Assembly: GCA_945862225.1 (NCBI GenBank)
Contig: CAMAXG010000003.1
Coordinates: 1-45,996 of the forward strand
Length of the DNA stretch: 45,996 nt
Direction: 5' to 3'
From: Thermoflexus hugenholtzii JAD2
Lineage (GTDB): Bacteria; Chloroflexota; Limnocylindria; Limnocylindrales; Limnocylindraceae
Below, one piece after another: positions 33,661 through 43,398 of the stretch (position 1 is the first letter of the stretch; every line of letters starts with the position of its first letter). The position numbers and the translations under genes are program-made. Under the pieces are notes generated by a model. That model saw only the letters and a list, made by a program, of their open reading frames with translations, was not told the DNA's origin and searched no databases.

Positions 33661-34719
33661 CTACGGCTGGTTGACCGGAACCCCCATCCACTTGGCCAGC
33701 ACGGCCGCTGAGTAGCGCCCGTCGTGATACTTGCGGGCGAAGGCTTGCCCTGCGGCGGCGCGTGCGGACCAGGTTGTTCGATCGGCAACGAGGTCGCGGA
33801 TCACTGCCTCGAGGGTGGCGATGGAGCTCTGAACCAGCGGTATCTCGTCAAGCTCGTCGCGCTCGATTTGATCGATGTCACCAATGAGGAGTCGCCCAGA
33901 GGCCATCACCTCGGCACCCATGACGCCCGTACCTCCAATGCCAATCTTGTCGATCACGATGTCTGACCATTCCACATGTGCGCGCACCTCCGCCGGAGTG
34001 ACTCCCGTGATGCTGCGGTACTCAATGACGCCCTCCTCGTGCAGCGCCTGACAGATCTGATCCACCCGGTCGCTTTGGAAGAGTGCGCGTCGGGATGGTA
34101 GATGCAGCACGTGTGGACGTGGTCGATCCGTGGAGATTGCCGACATTGGCGTAAACCAGGAAGCGTCCGGGACGATCGGGAGCCAACGCCCACGCGGCAC
34201 GAAGCGCTTCAGGTCAAGTGTTGAGATAAAGACTGGAAACGGCCAGACCCGCAACCAACGGTGCATCTGTTGCGTTTGCGTTTCGAGCTTCGCAGTCAAG
34301 CCATCGAGGCTCTCATGGAACGGTGAGTCAGGGTGCCTGGCGGCGTGCATGCTCGGCACGCGGATGTCACTGCCGTGAAAGAGTAGCGCTGGTCGAATAC
34401 CGTGGCGGCGCGCCGTGAGTGCCTGGAAGAGCATGCGCCGGAACGTGCCCCTGATGACAATCGGCTTGCCGCTTTCGATGATGAGATGCGTTGGTTTCGT
34501 GGGGGCTTGTAGTAGATCCTTCCAAGCTTGATCGGCTGCACCGTTTACAAGTGTGTAGGTGCGATCCGCCGCAAACGAGATGGCCGCCTCGTCGGGCCGC
34601 TTGATTCCCCATGACTCGGCTGTTGCTGGGGTGTTGTGTCGCACGGCGTTCGCCCATTCACGCGCCTGCCCAGCGGTATTGAGCATGCCGATCACGAGTC
34701 GACGCGGCGAGCGGCTCAT
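33661..34719 (-). CDS. Glycosyltransferase-like protein (GT-B fold)
   Basis: NTAGQA, FHGSDIR, SDIVIDK, GAEVMASG and FARKYHD. Confidence 0.7.
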   Translation of the reverse strand: MSRSPRRLVIGMLNTAGQAREWANAVRHNTPATAESWGIKRPDEAAISFAADRTYTLVNGAADQAWKDLLQAPTKPTHLIIESGKPIVIRGTFRRMLFQALTARRHGIRPALLFHGSDIRVPSMHAARHPDSPFHESLDGLTAKLETQTQQMHRWLRVWPFPVFISTLDLKRFVPRGRWLPIVPDASWFTPMSAISTDRPRPHVLHLPSRRALFQSDRVDQICQALHEEGVIEYRSITGVTPAEVRAHVEWSDIVIDKIGIGGTGVMGAEVMASGRLLIGDIDQIERDELDEIPLVQSSIATLEAVIRDLVADRTTWSARAAAGQAFARKYHDGRYSAAVLAKWMGVPVNQP

Positions 34720-36059
34720 GCTGATGGTGTTGGTGGCAGCGATCTGTAGAGCTCGGTAAGGCGGGTGGCCTGCGCCTCCCAGTTCCAGCGCGCGGCGGCT
34801 GCGCGAATGCAGTGGGCGCGCAGAGCCGCGCGATCGCTTGGGCTCATGCTGAGGATCGAGTGAATGGCGGTTGCGACGTCGTGTGCGTTCGTCGGATCGC
34901 AGACAGCGCCGAGGGGAGCGTCGGGATCTCCGAGCAGAATGTCGCGCATCGTGGTGAAGTCGCTACCAACGACCGGCACACCAGCACCGATTGATTCAAA
35001 GAGCTTGTTCGGCGTGGAGATTCGATGATTCAACGTGCTGGGCAGCACGGTGCACATGCCGACATCGGCACCCGAGACCCAACGATCGAGCACTTCTGGT
35101 GCGACCGCCTTCAGCACATGAACGCGCCCGCTGTATGCGGGATCAGCGGCAGCCGCACGCAGCGTGGCCTCAAGCGGTCCGTATCCAAGGAACACCAAAT
35201 GTGCGTTGGTAAGGCGCGGGTCTCGCTTCGCTTCAAGCAGCTCTTCGAGCCCACGGTGTGCCGAGAATCCACCGTGATAGAGCACGACCTGCGCCGTGGC
35301 ATCAACACCAATGGCGGCGCGCAGCTCTGTGCCGCGCGGCTCGGCGTTCCATGCTGGCGGGCAGTTGTACGTCACGACCTGGCGCTCTGGAATCTCGTAG
35401 CGCTTGGCGAGCTCCTCGATGACCTGGGGGTTCACCGCGATCAGCGCGGCAGCGCGACGGAGCGCCGGCTGCTCAAATCGTGTGGCGAGGAGACGGCGAA
35501 TGAACGCAGGGCTTTTCGCCCAGCGCCCACTCTCAAGGAAGACTTCGTGGCTGTCATAGAGCAGCGTGGCGGTGGGGTTGGTGCGGAGTGTGGCGAGGGC
35601 GGGCAGTGCGCCGGAGAGGTCATGGGCGTGCAGGATCTGCGCGGAGTTTGCCGCGCGTGCCGCAAGCGTTGCCCATGATGTCCAGCGGATGGCAAGAAGT
35701 GCAGCGCCAGCAAGTGGGAGTCGAACCTTTCGCGCAACAGCGACGGCGATGGCAAGCGCGCACCAGAGCGGATGAAGGAGTAGGGCGAGAAGTCGTGGGC
35801 GGATTGGTAGTACCGGCGGAATCAGCCCGAGCCGATGACGAAGAATCGTGAATCCGTCTGGGTGCTCCTCTCGTAGTGGGAGCACCTCACGTCGCTGTGC
35901 GATCGCGTGCACCGTGACGGCGAACCCAGCCGCGGCCACCGTTGCCGCCTCGCGGATCACACGGCGGTCGCTCACCATGTTGTTGGCCACGAACATCGCC
36001 ACCTGCCGCTTCGGCTGGGAGGCACCCTTTGGTACGGTGTGCGGAGCGGGGTTCGGCAT
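34716..36059 (-). CDS. Glycosyltransferase family 4
   Basis: DRRVIREA, HAHDL, YDSHE, YHGG and PNKLFESIGAGVPVV. Confidence 0.9.
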   Translation of the reverse strand: MPNPAPHTVPKGASQPKRQVAMFVANNMVSDRRVIREAATVAAAGFAVTVHAIAQRREVLPLREEHPDGFTILRHRLGLIPPVLPIRPRLLALLLHPLWCALAIAVAVARKVRLPLAGAALLAIRWTSWATLAARAANSAQILHAHDLSGALPALATLRTNPTATLLYDSHEVFLESGRWAKSPAFIRRLLATRFEQPALRRAAALIAVNPQVIEELAKRYEIPERQVVTYNCPPAWNAEPRGTELRAAIGVDATAQVVLYHGGFSAHRGLEELLEAKRDPRLTNAHLVFLGYGPLEATLRAAAADPAYSGRVHVLKAVAPEVLDRWVSGADVGMCTVLPSTLNHRISTPNKLFESIGAGVPVVGSDFTTMRDILLGDPDAPLGAVCDPTNAHDVATAIHSILSMSPSDRAALRAHCIRAAAARWNWEAQATRLTELYRSLPPTPSA

Positions 36060-36108
36060 GCGGCGAGTCTATCGCAGCACGCACGGGCGCCAAGGGTGAG
36101 GAGGGGCT

Positions 36109-37227
36109 ATGCGCATCACGGCGATCGTCGGAACGCGCCCGCAACTCATCAAGCTTGCCGCCCTTCGCCCGCACCTCTCACCTCCCATTGAGCCGTTCGT
36201 TATTGATACCGCCCAGCACCACGATGAGTTGCTTGCCGGCCAGATCTACCGCGACCTGGGGATGGCACCGGCCGACCTCCTCCTCCCTGAGCCAGGAGAT
36301 CTCCACGGCACCGAGCGACTTGATGCCATGGTGCGTGGGCTGGATGCAGCACTCGCGCAGAGTCAGCCCGATGCCGTGCTCGTGTTTGGTGACACCGACT
36401 CCACGCTTGCAGGTGCGCTCGCTGCGCACGCTCGCAAGATTGCAGTCGTGCATGTTGAGGCAGGGGTGCGCTCTGGCGACACGTCGATGCCCGAAGAGCG
36501 CAATCGCATTGCGGTCGACAAGATCGCTGCACTGCGACTTTGCACGAGTGACGCCGCGGTACAGGCGTTGCGCGGTGAAGGACTCACCGAAGAGAACGTG
36601 GTCGTCGGCGACCTGATGGCCGACCTTGCGGCGCGACTCGCACCAACAGCGCGCGGCGCTACAGCCCTTGATGCTGCCGCGCTGCATATCGGCCGATCAC
36701 TGACATCAGGTGGGTTCGCCTACGCCACCCTGCATCGCGCCGATGTGCGCGAGGCGTCACGGCTGCGCGCCGCGCTTGATGTGCTGCGCGTTGCCGCAGA
36801 GCACCTCGGCGTGCCAATGCTCTTTGCGGCGCACCCTGGAACCAGCGCCGCGATCGCCGCGCACAACATCGACGTACCCGATGGCGTGGAACTGGTGCCG
36901 CCCGTCGGCTATCTCGACTCACTCGCCCTCGCTGCACACGCCGCCGCAGTGCTCACCGACTCCGGCGGGTTGCAGCGCGAGGCGGTCTGGCTCAATACGC
37001 CAACGCTGATCTTGCGCGACACCACCGAGTGGCCAGAGCTCGTGCACCCGGCTGGTCCGTCGCTCCTTATTGGGGTGGATGCGGCTCGCGCTGCAGGTGC
37101 CCTCGTAACGGTCGGGGCCACAACGGGTGCGGCTGCGGTCGCTGCGCGGGCCTCCCAACCACTCCCCGCCGGGGGTGCCGCGGAGGCGATCCGAGCCGCC
37201 CTAATCGCGCGCCGCTTCGCTCGCTGA
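36109..37227 (+). CDS. Non-hydrolysing UDP-GlcNAc 2-epimerase (WecB/WbpI-like)
   Basis: GTRPQLIK, GDTDST, HVEAGVRS, MPEERNR, TDSGGLQRE and RDTTEWPE. Confidence 0.9.
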   Translation: MRITAIVGTRPQLIKLAALRPHLSPPIEPFVIDTAQHHDELLAGQIYRDLGMAPADLLLPEPGDLHGTERLDAMVRGLDAALAQSQPDAVLVFGDTDSTLAGALAAHARKIAVVHVEAGVRSGDTSMPEERNRIAVDKIAALRLCTSDAAVQALRGEGLTEENVVVGDLMADLAARLAPTARGATALDAAALHIGRSLTSGGFAYATLHRADVREASRLRAALDVLRVAAEHLGVPMLFAAHPGTSAAIAAHNIDVPDGVELVPPVGYLDSLALAAHAAAVLTDSGGLQREAVWLNTPTLILRDTTEWPELVHPAGPSLLIGVDAARAAGALVTVGATTGAAAVAARASQPLPAGGAAEAIRAALIARRFAR

Positions 37228-37240
37228 TACGCTCCCCGCA

Positions 37241-38362
37241 ATGAGTACACCGCCAATTCGCATCCCGATCACCCGCCCCGCCGTTGGCCGCGAGGAGGCT
37301 GACGCCGCCGCCGACGCGATCATGTCGGGCGCCCTCGCACAGGGCCCACGCGTTGCCGAGTTTGAGCGCCGCTTCGCCGAGCTCGTTGGCGTGAAGCACG
37401 CGATCGCCACGGCGAACGGCACGCTCGCCGAAGAGGCGATCATTCAAGGACTCGGCATCAAGCCAGGCGACGAGGTCATCACCGTTGGTCACACCTTTAG
37501 TGCCACCGCAGCCGCGATCTTGCGCGCAGGTGCCACGCCTCGATTCGTAGACATCGATCCGGTCACCTGGTTGATGGACCCCGCTGCTGCTGCAGCGGCG
37601 ATCACGCCAAAGACGAAGGCCCTGATGCCGGTGCACCTCTTCGGCCTCATTGCCGACATGAACGCCCTTGGCGCACTCGCCGCCAAGCACAACCTCGCGA
37701 TGATCGAAGACGCCTGCCAAGCGGTTGGTGCGACACAGAACGGCAAGCAGGCCGGTTCGTTCGGTGTTGGCGCCTTCTCGCTCTACGCCACCAAGAACAT
37801 CACCAGCGGTGAGGGGGGCATGATCACCACGAACGACGACACGCTGAACGAGTGGCTGCGCACCTTCCGCAGCCAAGGGATGAAGGTGCGCTACCTGCAC
37901 GAGATGCTCGGCACCAACTACCGCATGACCGACATCGCCGCCGCAATCGGCACCGTGCAGCTCGGCAAGCTTGCCCAGTTCACTGCGGCGCGCGTCACCG
38001 CTGCGTCGCGCTACGACGAACTCCTTGCTGGCGCACCAATCGTTCGTCAGGGAACTCCAGCCGGCAATCTGCACGTCTATCACCAGTACACGGTGCACGT
38101 TGGTCCAGCGCGCGACGAGATCGTGAAAGATCTTGCCAACGATGGCATTGGCACTGGCATCTACTACCCAATTCCGGTGAGCCAGCAGCCATACATTAAG
38201 GAGCGCGGTCTCGACGTTGCGCTCCCGGTTACGGATGCGCTGGCGAAGGGTTGCCTCTCGCTCCCAATGTTCGCGGCGATCACCGCTGCGGAACAAGAGG
38301 AGGTTGCCGCATCGCTCCGACGCGCCGTGGAACGCCACGGCGGGAGCGCATGGCCCGCATGA
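37241..38362 (+). CDS. DegT/DnrJ/EryC1/StrS aminotransferase (WbpE-like)
   Basis: PVHLFG, EDACQA, FSLYATKNITSGEGG and GTNYRM. Confidence 0.9.
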   Translation: MSTPPIRIPITRPAVGREEADAAADAIMSGALAQGPRVAEFERRFAELVGVKHAIATANGTLAEEAIIQGLGIKPGDEVITVGHTFSATAAAILRAGATPRFVDIDPVTWLMDPAAAAAAITPKTKALMPVHLFGLIADMNALGALAAKHNLAMIEDACQAVGATQNGKQAGSFGVGAFSLYATKNITSGEGGMITTNDDTLNEWLRTFRSQGMKVRYLHEMLGTNYRMTDIAAAIGTVQLGKLAQFTAARVTAASRYDELLAGAPIVRQGTPAGNLHVYHQYTVHVGPARDEIVKDLANDGIGTGIYYPIPVSQQPYIKERGLDVALPVTDALAKGCLSLPMFAAITAAEQEEVAASLRRAVERHGGSAWPA

Positions 38363-39372
38363 AGGTTGGCCTGATCGGCCTCGGTGTGATGGGTCGCAAC
38401 CATCTCCGTGTTCTCGCAACACTCCCCGACGCCGAGATCGTGGCGATCAGTGACCCAGTCGATGCGGCGCGCGACGCTGCACTCGCCGTGGCGCCAGCGG
38501 CCACCGCCTATGCCGACGCCGCAGAGCTGTTGAGCCACCCCGGCCTTGAGGCGGCGATCATCGCCGCGCCAACGCGCTTCCACGCCGCGCTGGTGATTCG
38601 CGCAATCGAGCGCAAGATTCCAATTCTGGTCGAGAAGCCGCTCGCCGCCGATTCAACCGAGGCGCTCGACTTGGTCGCACGCGCCACAGCCGCCGGCGCC
38701 ATCGTGCAGGTCGGCCACGTGGAGCGCTTCAACCCTGCCGTCACGCGCCTCTTCGAGCAGATGGGCGGCAGTGCTGGTGAAGCGCTCTACGCGATCGAGG
38801 CGATGCGCGAGAGCCCACTCCCCGAGCGGATCAGCGACGTTGGTGTGGTGCGCGACCTGATGGTCCACGACATCGATCTCGCCTGTGCCATCGCTGGCAG
38901 CTCGCCGCTCTCGGTCACCGCCGTAGCCGGCTCACGACTCATTGAAGGGCGAGAAGATTTTGCGGAAGCGCTCTTCACCTTTGCGGGTGGCGCCGTTGCG
39001 CGCATTCGCGCCTCATGGCTTGCGCCAGCAAAGCGTCGACAACTGCTCGTCACCACGAGTGCGGGCGCCTACGACGTGAGCCTGCTGCAGCGCACCGTCT
39101 CGTTCACCAGCGCCGATCCGAACTCGAGCGCCATGCTCGATGGATTCGCCCCCGTGCAGCCGGGTCGCACCGCCGACCTCCCCGCCGCACGACAGGAGCC
39201 GCTGGCGCTCGAGCTGAGCTCCTTCCTTGCCGCTGCACGTGGTGAGGCGAAGCCTGCGGTCAGCATTCACGATGGCGCGCGTGCCGTGATCCTCGCAGAC
39301 GCAGTTCTTGAGTCCGCACGTGGCGGCGGCGTCCCTGTGCGGCCGAACCTCGAGGCGATCGCCGCGGTGTAG
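38359..39372 (+). CDS. Gfo/Idh/MocA oxidoreductase (WbpB-like)
   Basis: GLGVMG, LVEKP, VGHVERFNP and DLMVHDID; ATGA overlap with the aminotransferase. Confidence 0.88.
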   Translation: MKVGLIGLGVMGRNHLRVLATLPDAEIVAISDPVDAARDAALAVAPAATAYADAAELLSHPGLEAAIIAAPTRFHAALVIRAIERKIPILVEKPLAADSTEALDLVARATAAGAIVQVGHVERFNPAVTRLFEQMGGSAGEALYAIEAMRESPLPERISDVGVVRDLMVHDIDLACAIAGSSPLSVTAVAGSRLIEGREDFAEALFTFAGGAVARIRASWLAPAKRRQLLVTTSAGAYDVSLLQRTVSFTSADPNSSAMLDGFAPVQPGRTADLPAARQEPLALELSSFLAAARGEAKPAVSIHDGARAVILADAVLESARGGGVPVRPNLEAIAAV

Positions 39373-39401
39373 CATCCCCTCCAAGGGAACAAGGAGGGGC
39401 A

Positions 39402-40811
39402 ATGAGCGCACGCACCACAGATCCGCTCGGTCGAGCAACGTCCATGCTCGGTGGCTCCTTTACTGCTGAGCCGCATCCCTGCACCCATGGCACGCCCATT
39501 ACCGCCAAGCCGTGGGTCGGCGCCCCTGACACCGTTGGCACCATCGCCGTCATCGGCTCCGGAAAGATCGGCCTGCCGCTCGCCCTGCAGTTCGCCTCCC
39601 ACGGGTGGCGCGTGCATGCCGTCGACATCAATCAGGCACTCGTCGACATCATCAACTCGGGCGTTGCCCCGTGGGGTGGCGAGCCGAATCTTCCCGAGCT
39701 CCTCGCCGAGCACGTTGGCTCTGGCCGACTGCGCGCCACCATCGACGGCCCTGCTGCAGTGCGTGACGCTGACGTTGCCCTTGTCGTAGTGCCGGTACTC
39801 GTTCGCGACGACGGAAGCATCGCCGACAAGGCGCTCGTTGGCGCCACCGAAACGCTGATCGCCGGTGCGCACGACGACCTACTCGTCATTCTTGAAACCA
39901 CCGTGCCGATCGGCACCACCCGCGACCTGGTCGCGAAGGTTGCTGCCAAGAGTGGCGCCAAGGTCTTCGGCTGCTTCTCGCCAGAGCGCGTGCTCACCGG
40001 CCAAACGTTCCGCAACCTCGCCGCGTATCCGAAGCTGGTTGGTGGCACCGAAGCCGCCAGCTTGGCGCGTGCAACTGCCTTCTACGAGAGCGTGCTCGAC
40101 GCGCCAATCGCGCAGATGCAAACGCTCGAGGCCGCCGAGATGGCAAAGCTTGCCGAGACGACCTATCGCGATGTGAACATTGCGCTCGCCAACGAGTTCG
40201 CTCGCGTTGCGGATCGACACGGCATTGATCTCTCTGAGGTGATTCGCGCCGCGAACTCGCAGCCGTACTCACACATTCATGAACCGGGCATCGGCGTTGG
40301 TGGGCACTGCATTCCCGTCTATCCGCGCATGATCCTCTCGACCGATGGCGACCTTGACGTGATCAAGACCGCGCGCGCAGTGAACGATGGACAGGTGGAT
40401 CGCGCCGTTGACGCCGTAGCGAAGCAGCTCGGTTCGCTGAAGGGGGCGACGGTTGCGGTGCTTGGGCTCACCTACCGCGAAGGTGTGCGAGAACTTGCAC
40501 ATGCGCGCGGACCACTCGTTGCCGACGCATTGCGAGCACGCGGCGCAACCGTCCTTGGTGCCGATCCACTACTTTCTGCTGATGATGTTTCGGCGCTCAA
40601 GATGACGCCGTGGGACGGCACTGCGAATGCGAGCGTCAGCGCCGTGGTGGTTGCGACCGCTGATGCTGCGTATCGCACGATGGACTTCGCAACACTCTTC
40701 CCGGCGCTGAAGGTGCTGATTGACGGGCGTAATGCCTGCGCTGGTGCGACGTTGCCAGCTGGCGCGAAGCGCATCGGTTTCGGCCGACCAAACGGAGTCG
40801 CAGCTCAATGA
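39402..40811 (+). CDS. Nucleotide sugar dehydrogenase (WbpA/WecC-like)
   Basis: GSGKIGLPLA, SPER, KLAETTYRDVNIALANE and PGIGVGGHCIP. Confidence 0.9.
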   Translation: MSARTTDPLGRATSMLGGSFTAEPHPCTHGTPITAKPWVGAPDTVGTIAVIGSGKIGLPLALQFASHGWRVHAVDINQALVDIINSGVAPWGGEPNLPELLAEHVGSGRLRATIDGPAAVRDADVALVVVPVLVRDDGSIADKALVGATETLIAGAHDDLLVILETTVPIGTTRDLVAKVAAKSGAKVFGCFSPERVLTGQTFRNLAAYPKLVGGTEAASLARATAFYESVLDAPIAQMQTLEAAEMAKLAETTYRDVNIALANEFARVADRHGIDLSEVIRAANSQPYSHIHEPGIGVGGHCIPVYPRMILSTDGDLDVIKTARAVNDGQVDRAVDAVAKQLGSLKGATVAVLGLTYREGVRELAHARGPLVADALRARGATVLGADPLLSADDVSALKMTPWDGTANASVSAVVVATADAAYRTMDFATLFPALKVLIDGRNACAGATLPAGAKRIGFGRPNGVAAQ

Positions 40812-41410
40812 TTGACCCAACGGCGTTCATTGACCCAACGGCGATTGTCGAAGATGGCGCGACGATTGGCGCGCGCAGCAAGGTGTGGGGCGGCGCCGTG
40901 GTACGACGCGGCGCCCGAATCGGCGCCGACTGCATTATTGGTCGCGGTGCCTTCATCGACGCCGACGTTGTGCTTGGCGATCGCTGCAAGGTGCAGAATC
41001 TCGCCCTCGTCTATCACGGTGTCACCGCTGGCAACGGTGTCTTCATCGGCCCCAACGCGATCCTCACCAACGACCGCTTCCCGCGCGCGCAGACACCCGA
41101 CGGCGGCCTTGCCGCAACGAGCGACTGGGTAGTTAGCCCGATCCACGTTGGCGACGGGGCCTCGATTGGTGCTGGCGCCGTGATCGTGGCTGGCATCACC
41201 CTGGGCGAGTACTGCATGGTTGGTGCGGGTGGAGTCGCCTCACGGAACGTGCCGCCGCGCGCCCTTGTGGTTGGCAGCCCAGCCAAGCGGATCGGCTGGG
41301 TCTGCGACTGCGGAAGCCGCCTCCCCAATGAGGGAGCCACGCTCAGCTGCAGCACCTGCGCACGCTCATACACGCTCAATGCATCGAACGGTGGCCTAGC
41401 CCGCGCTTAA
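40808..41410 (+). CDS. Hexapeptide-repeat N-acetyltransferase (WbpD-like)
   Basis: IDPTA, CKVQN, FIGP.AILTND..PR and GSPAKRIGWVCDCG...CSTC. Confidence 0.9.
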   Translation: MIDPTAFIDPTAIVEDGATIGARSKVWGGAVVRRGARIGADCIIGRGAFIDADVVLGDRCKVQNLALVYHGVTAGNGVFIGPNAILTNDRFPRAQTPDGGLAATSDWVVSPIHVGDGASIGAGAVIVAGITLGEYCMVGAGGVASRNVPPRALVVGSPAKRIGWVCDCGSRLPNEGATLSCSTCARSYTLNASNGGLARA

Positions 41411-41484
41411 TCGCCGACGGTCTCGCTAACCCCCCTCCGCTACCATTACCCCAACGCCAAACGGCGACTAGTAAGGGGGACTTC

Positions 41485-42459
41485 ATGGGCGGCAACGAAC
41501 TCTTCTCGCCACTTGGAATTGGATTCATGGTCTTCCTCGTTGCCGCGCTCGCCGTTGACTTTGGACTTCTCCGAAAGAATGGCACGCACGTTGTGCCGGT
41601 CAAAGAGGCGGCGGCCTGGACCCTGGTCTGGATCGTACTCGCCATCATCTTCGGCATCGCGATGCAATTCGTCTGGCAAGATGGAACGAAGACCACGGAG
41701 TACTTTGTCGGCTACCTCGTAGAGAAGTCGCTCTCTGTCGACAACATCTTTGTCTTCACGCTAATCTTCGCTGCGCTCAAGACGCCGAAGAAGTTGCAGC
41801 AGCTCGCCCTGATGTGGGGCATTCTTCTCGCGCTCGTGCTGCGCGGCATCATGATCTTGATCGGCGCTGCGCTGATTGAGCGCTTTGAGTGGATCATCTG
41901 GGTCTTTGGCGGATTCCTTCTCCTTACCGGCGTGCAGATGCTGCGCGGTGGTGGCCATGCAAATGAAAATGAGCCGTCGGCGATCAAGCTCGCACGACGC
42001 TTCATCCACGTGAACAACGACTACACCGAAGAGCGCTTCTGGATCGTTAAGGCGGGTAAGCGAGTCTTCACGCCGATCTTCTTGACCATCGCGGTAATCG
42101 GCATCATTGACCTCGTCTTTGCCATTGATAGCATCCCAGCAATCTTTGGCATCACGCTTGATCCGTTTATCGTGTTCACTTCAAACGCGTTCGCCATCCT
42201 CGGTCTTCGCAACCTGTACTTCTTGCTTGCTGACGCGAAGGATCGATTCCATTACCTGAGTGCGGGCCTCGCCTTTGTGTTGATGTGGATCGGCGTGAAG
42301 ATGATCCTGCCGGCAATCAATCATGACTGGAAGGTTCCGCCACTCGTGAGCTTGGTGATTGTGCTTTCCATCTTGACGCTCTCCATCGTGGCTTCACTGC
42401 TCCGTACGAGGCGCGTCGCGCGCAAGGCTGCTCGACCCGCTCGCGCGCGCAAGCGCTAG
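41485..42459 (+). CDS. TerC/Alx family metal homeostasis membrane protein
   Basis: EKSLSVDNIFVF, DLVFAIDSIPAI and SNAFAILGLR. Confidence 0.92.
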   Translation: MGGNELFSPLGIGFMVFLVAALAVDFGLLRKNGTHVVPVKEAAAWTLVWIVLAIIFGIAMQFVWQDGTKTTEYFVGYLVEKSLSVDNIFVFTLIFAALKTPKKLQQLALMWGILLALVLRGIMILIGAALIERFEWIIWVFGGFLLLTGVQMLRGGGHANENEPSAIKLARRFIHVNNDYTEERFWIVKAGKRVFTPIFLTIAVIGIIDLVFAIDSIPAIFGITLDPFIVFTSNAFAILGLRNLYFLLADAKDRFHYLSAGLAFVLMWIGVKMILPAINHDWKVPPLVSLVIVLSILTLSIVASLLRTRRVARKAARPARARKR

Positions 42460-42467
42460 GCGCAACA

Positions 42468-42498
42468 ACGCCGCTGGTAGGAGGACCACCAGCGGCGT
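42468..42498. terminator. Hairpin terminator between convergent genes
   Basis: 11 bp perfect stem ACGCCGCTGGT/ACCAGCGGCGT with a 9 nt loop; short U-rich tail (TGTTG) on the minus strand. Confidence 0.6.
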
Positions 42499-42521
42499 CG
42501 CGCGATAACTAGGTGCGCTCG

Positions 42522-43289
42522 TTACTTGACGATAAGCACCGACTCAGCGGCTGCGACCTCTCGGCCCATGTCCACAACCACGCTGTCACCGGCGGTGACG
42601 TCGGCGTTCGTAGCAGCTGCAATCTTGCTGAACACGGTGTTGTCACTGACTGTGACGGTAATGGTCTTTGTTCCGCTCGGAGTGACCATCGCAAGGGTGA
42701 GGGTGTTGCCGTCCACGGCGGTGACCTTCGCAGGTCGGCCAAGGTGAACGTGCGCCTCGGTGAGTCCGGTCGCTAGAACGGCGATACCGTCAGCTTCACT
42801 TACTGCACCGTCGACCGGCTTCTCAGCTCGGACGAGTACATAGGAACCAACCGCCACGTCAGCAGCGGTGCCCGCCGTCTTCGTGAAGTACTGGCTCTCG
42901 CTGTTGAGCACGACCGTCTTGGTCGTACCGTCAGCGAGCGTGATCGAGAGCTCGGTTGGGCTCACGCTGGTAACGGCCCCGGTGAGATCAGCGCTAGCCT
43001 GTGGCCCGCCCTCGCCTCGATGCCGGTCGCCGTGTCGATCGCCGTCTCGGTCCATGCCGCCGCGCATGTGATCGCGCTCCATCTCCATGCGCGCTTCCGC
43101 ACCCTGTCCAGGGTGACGATCATCTCGACCGTCAGGACCACCGTTTGCGAGTGCCGTACCGGCAAGAGCGCCTGCAGCCACAAGGGCCGCTGCGCCAAAG
43201 ATGGCCGGGAGGTTGTTGCGAATGCCGCTGAAGCGTGAAGGGGCAACGATCTGCCTCTCTGTTGGAGCAAGCTTTACCGTTCGTGCCAT
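42522..43289 (-). CDS. Membrane-anchored/secreted protein with two OB-fold-like repeats (DUF5666-like)
   Basis: Hydrophobic N-terminal segment, G/D/R/H-rich linker, two repeats (GAVTSVS...T.TV.....T.F.K...A...DV..G..V.V); SD AAGGAG. Confidence 0.6.
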   Translation of the reverse strand: MARTVKLAPTERQIVAPSRFSGIRNNLPAIFGAAALVAAGALAGTALANGGPDGRDDRHPGQGAEARMEMERDHMRGGMDRDGDRHGDRHRGEGGPQASADLTGAVTSVSPTELSITLADGTTKTVVLNSESQYFTKTAGTAADVAVGSYVLVRAEKPVDGAVSEADGIAVLATGLTEAHVHLGRPAKVTAVDGNTLTLAMVTPSGTKTITVTVSDNTVFSKIAAATNADVTAGDSVVVDMGREVAAAESVLIVK

Positions 43290-43398
43290 ACATGGCTCCT
43301 TCCCAATTCCCGAGGTCATTTGCCTCGTTCTCCCTCATGGTGCGCCTCGCGCATTAGCCGACTCTTTGTTGAAGATGGGAATGCGCCAAACTATCGCC

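Noticed and set aside
37067-38422. 451 aa minus-strand ORF and similar long antisense ORFs
   Set aside because: These are shadow ORFs antisense to well-supported genes and have no recognisable motifs.
40811-40846. Direct repeat ATTGACCCAACGGCG twice
   Set aside because: It encodes the IDPTAF/IDPTAI hexapeptide repeats of the acetyltransferase and is not a CRISPR or regulatory repeat.
41411-41484. yybP-ykoY manganese riboswitch before TerC/Alx
   Set aside because: Only about 30 nt lie between the candidate -10 (TACCAT, 41441-41446) start region and the ATG, too short for the four-way junction; only a small CGCC/GGCG hairpin is present.
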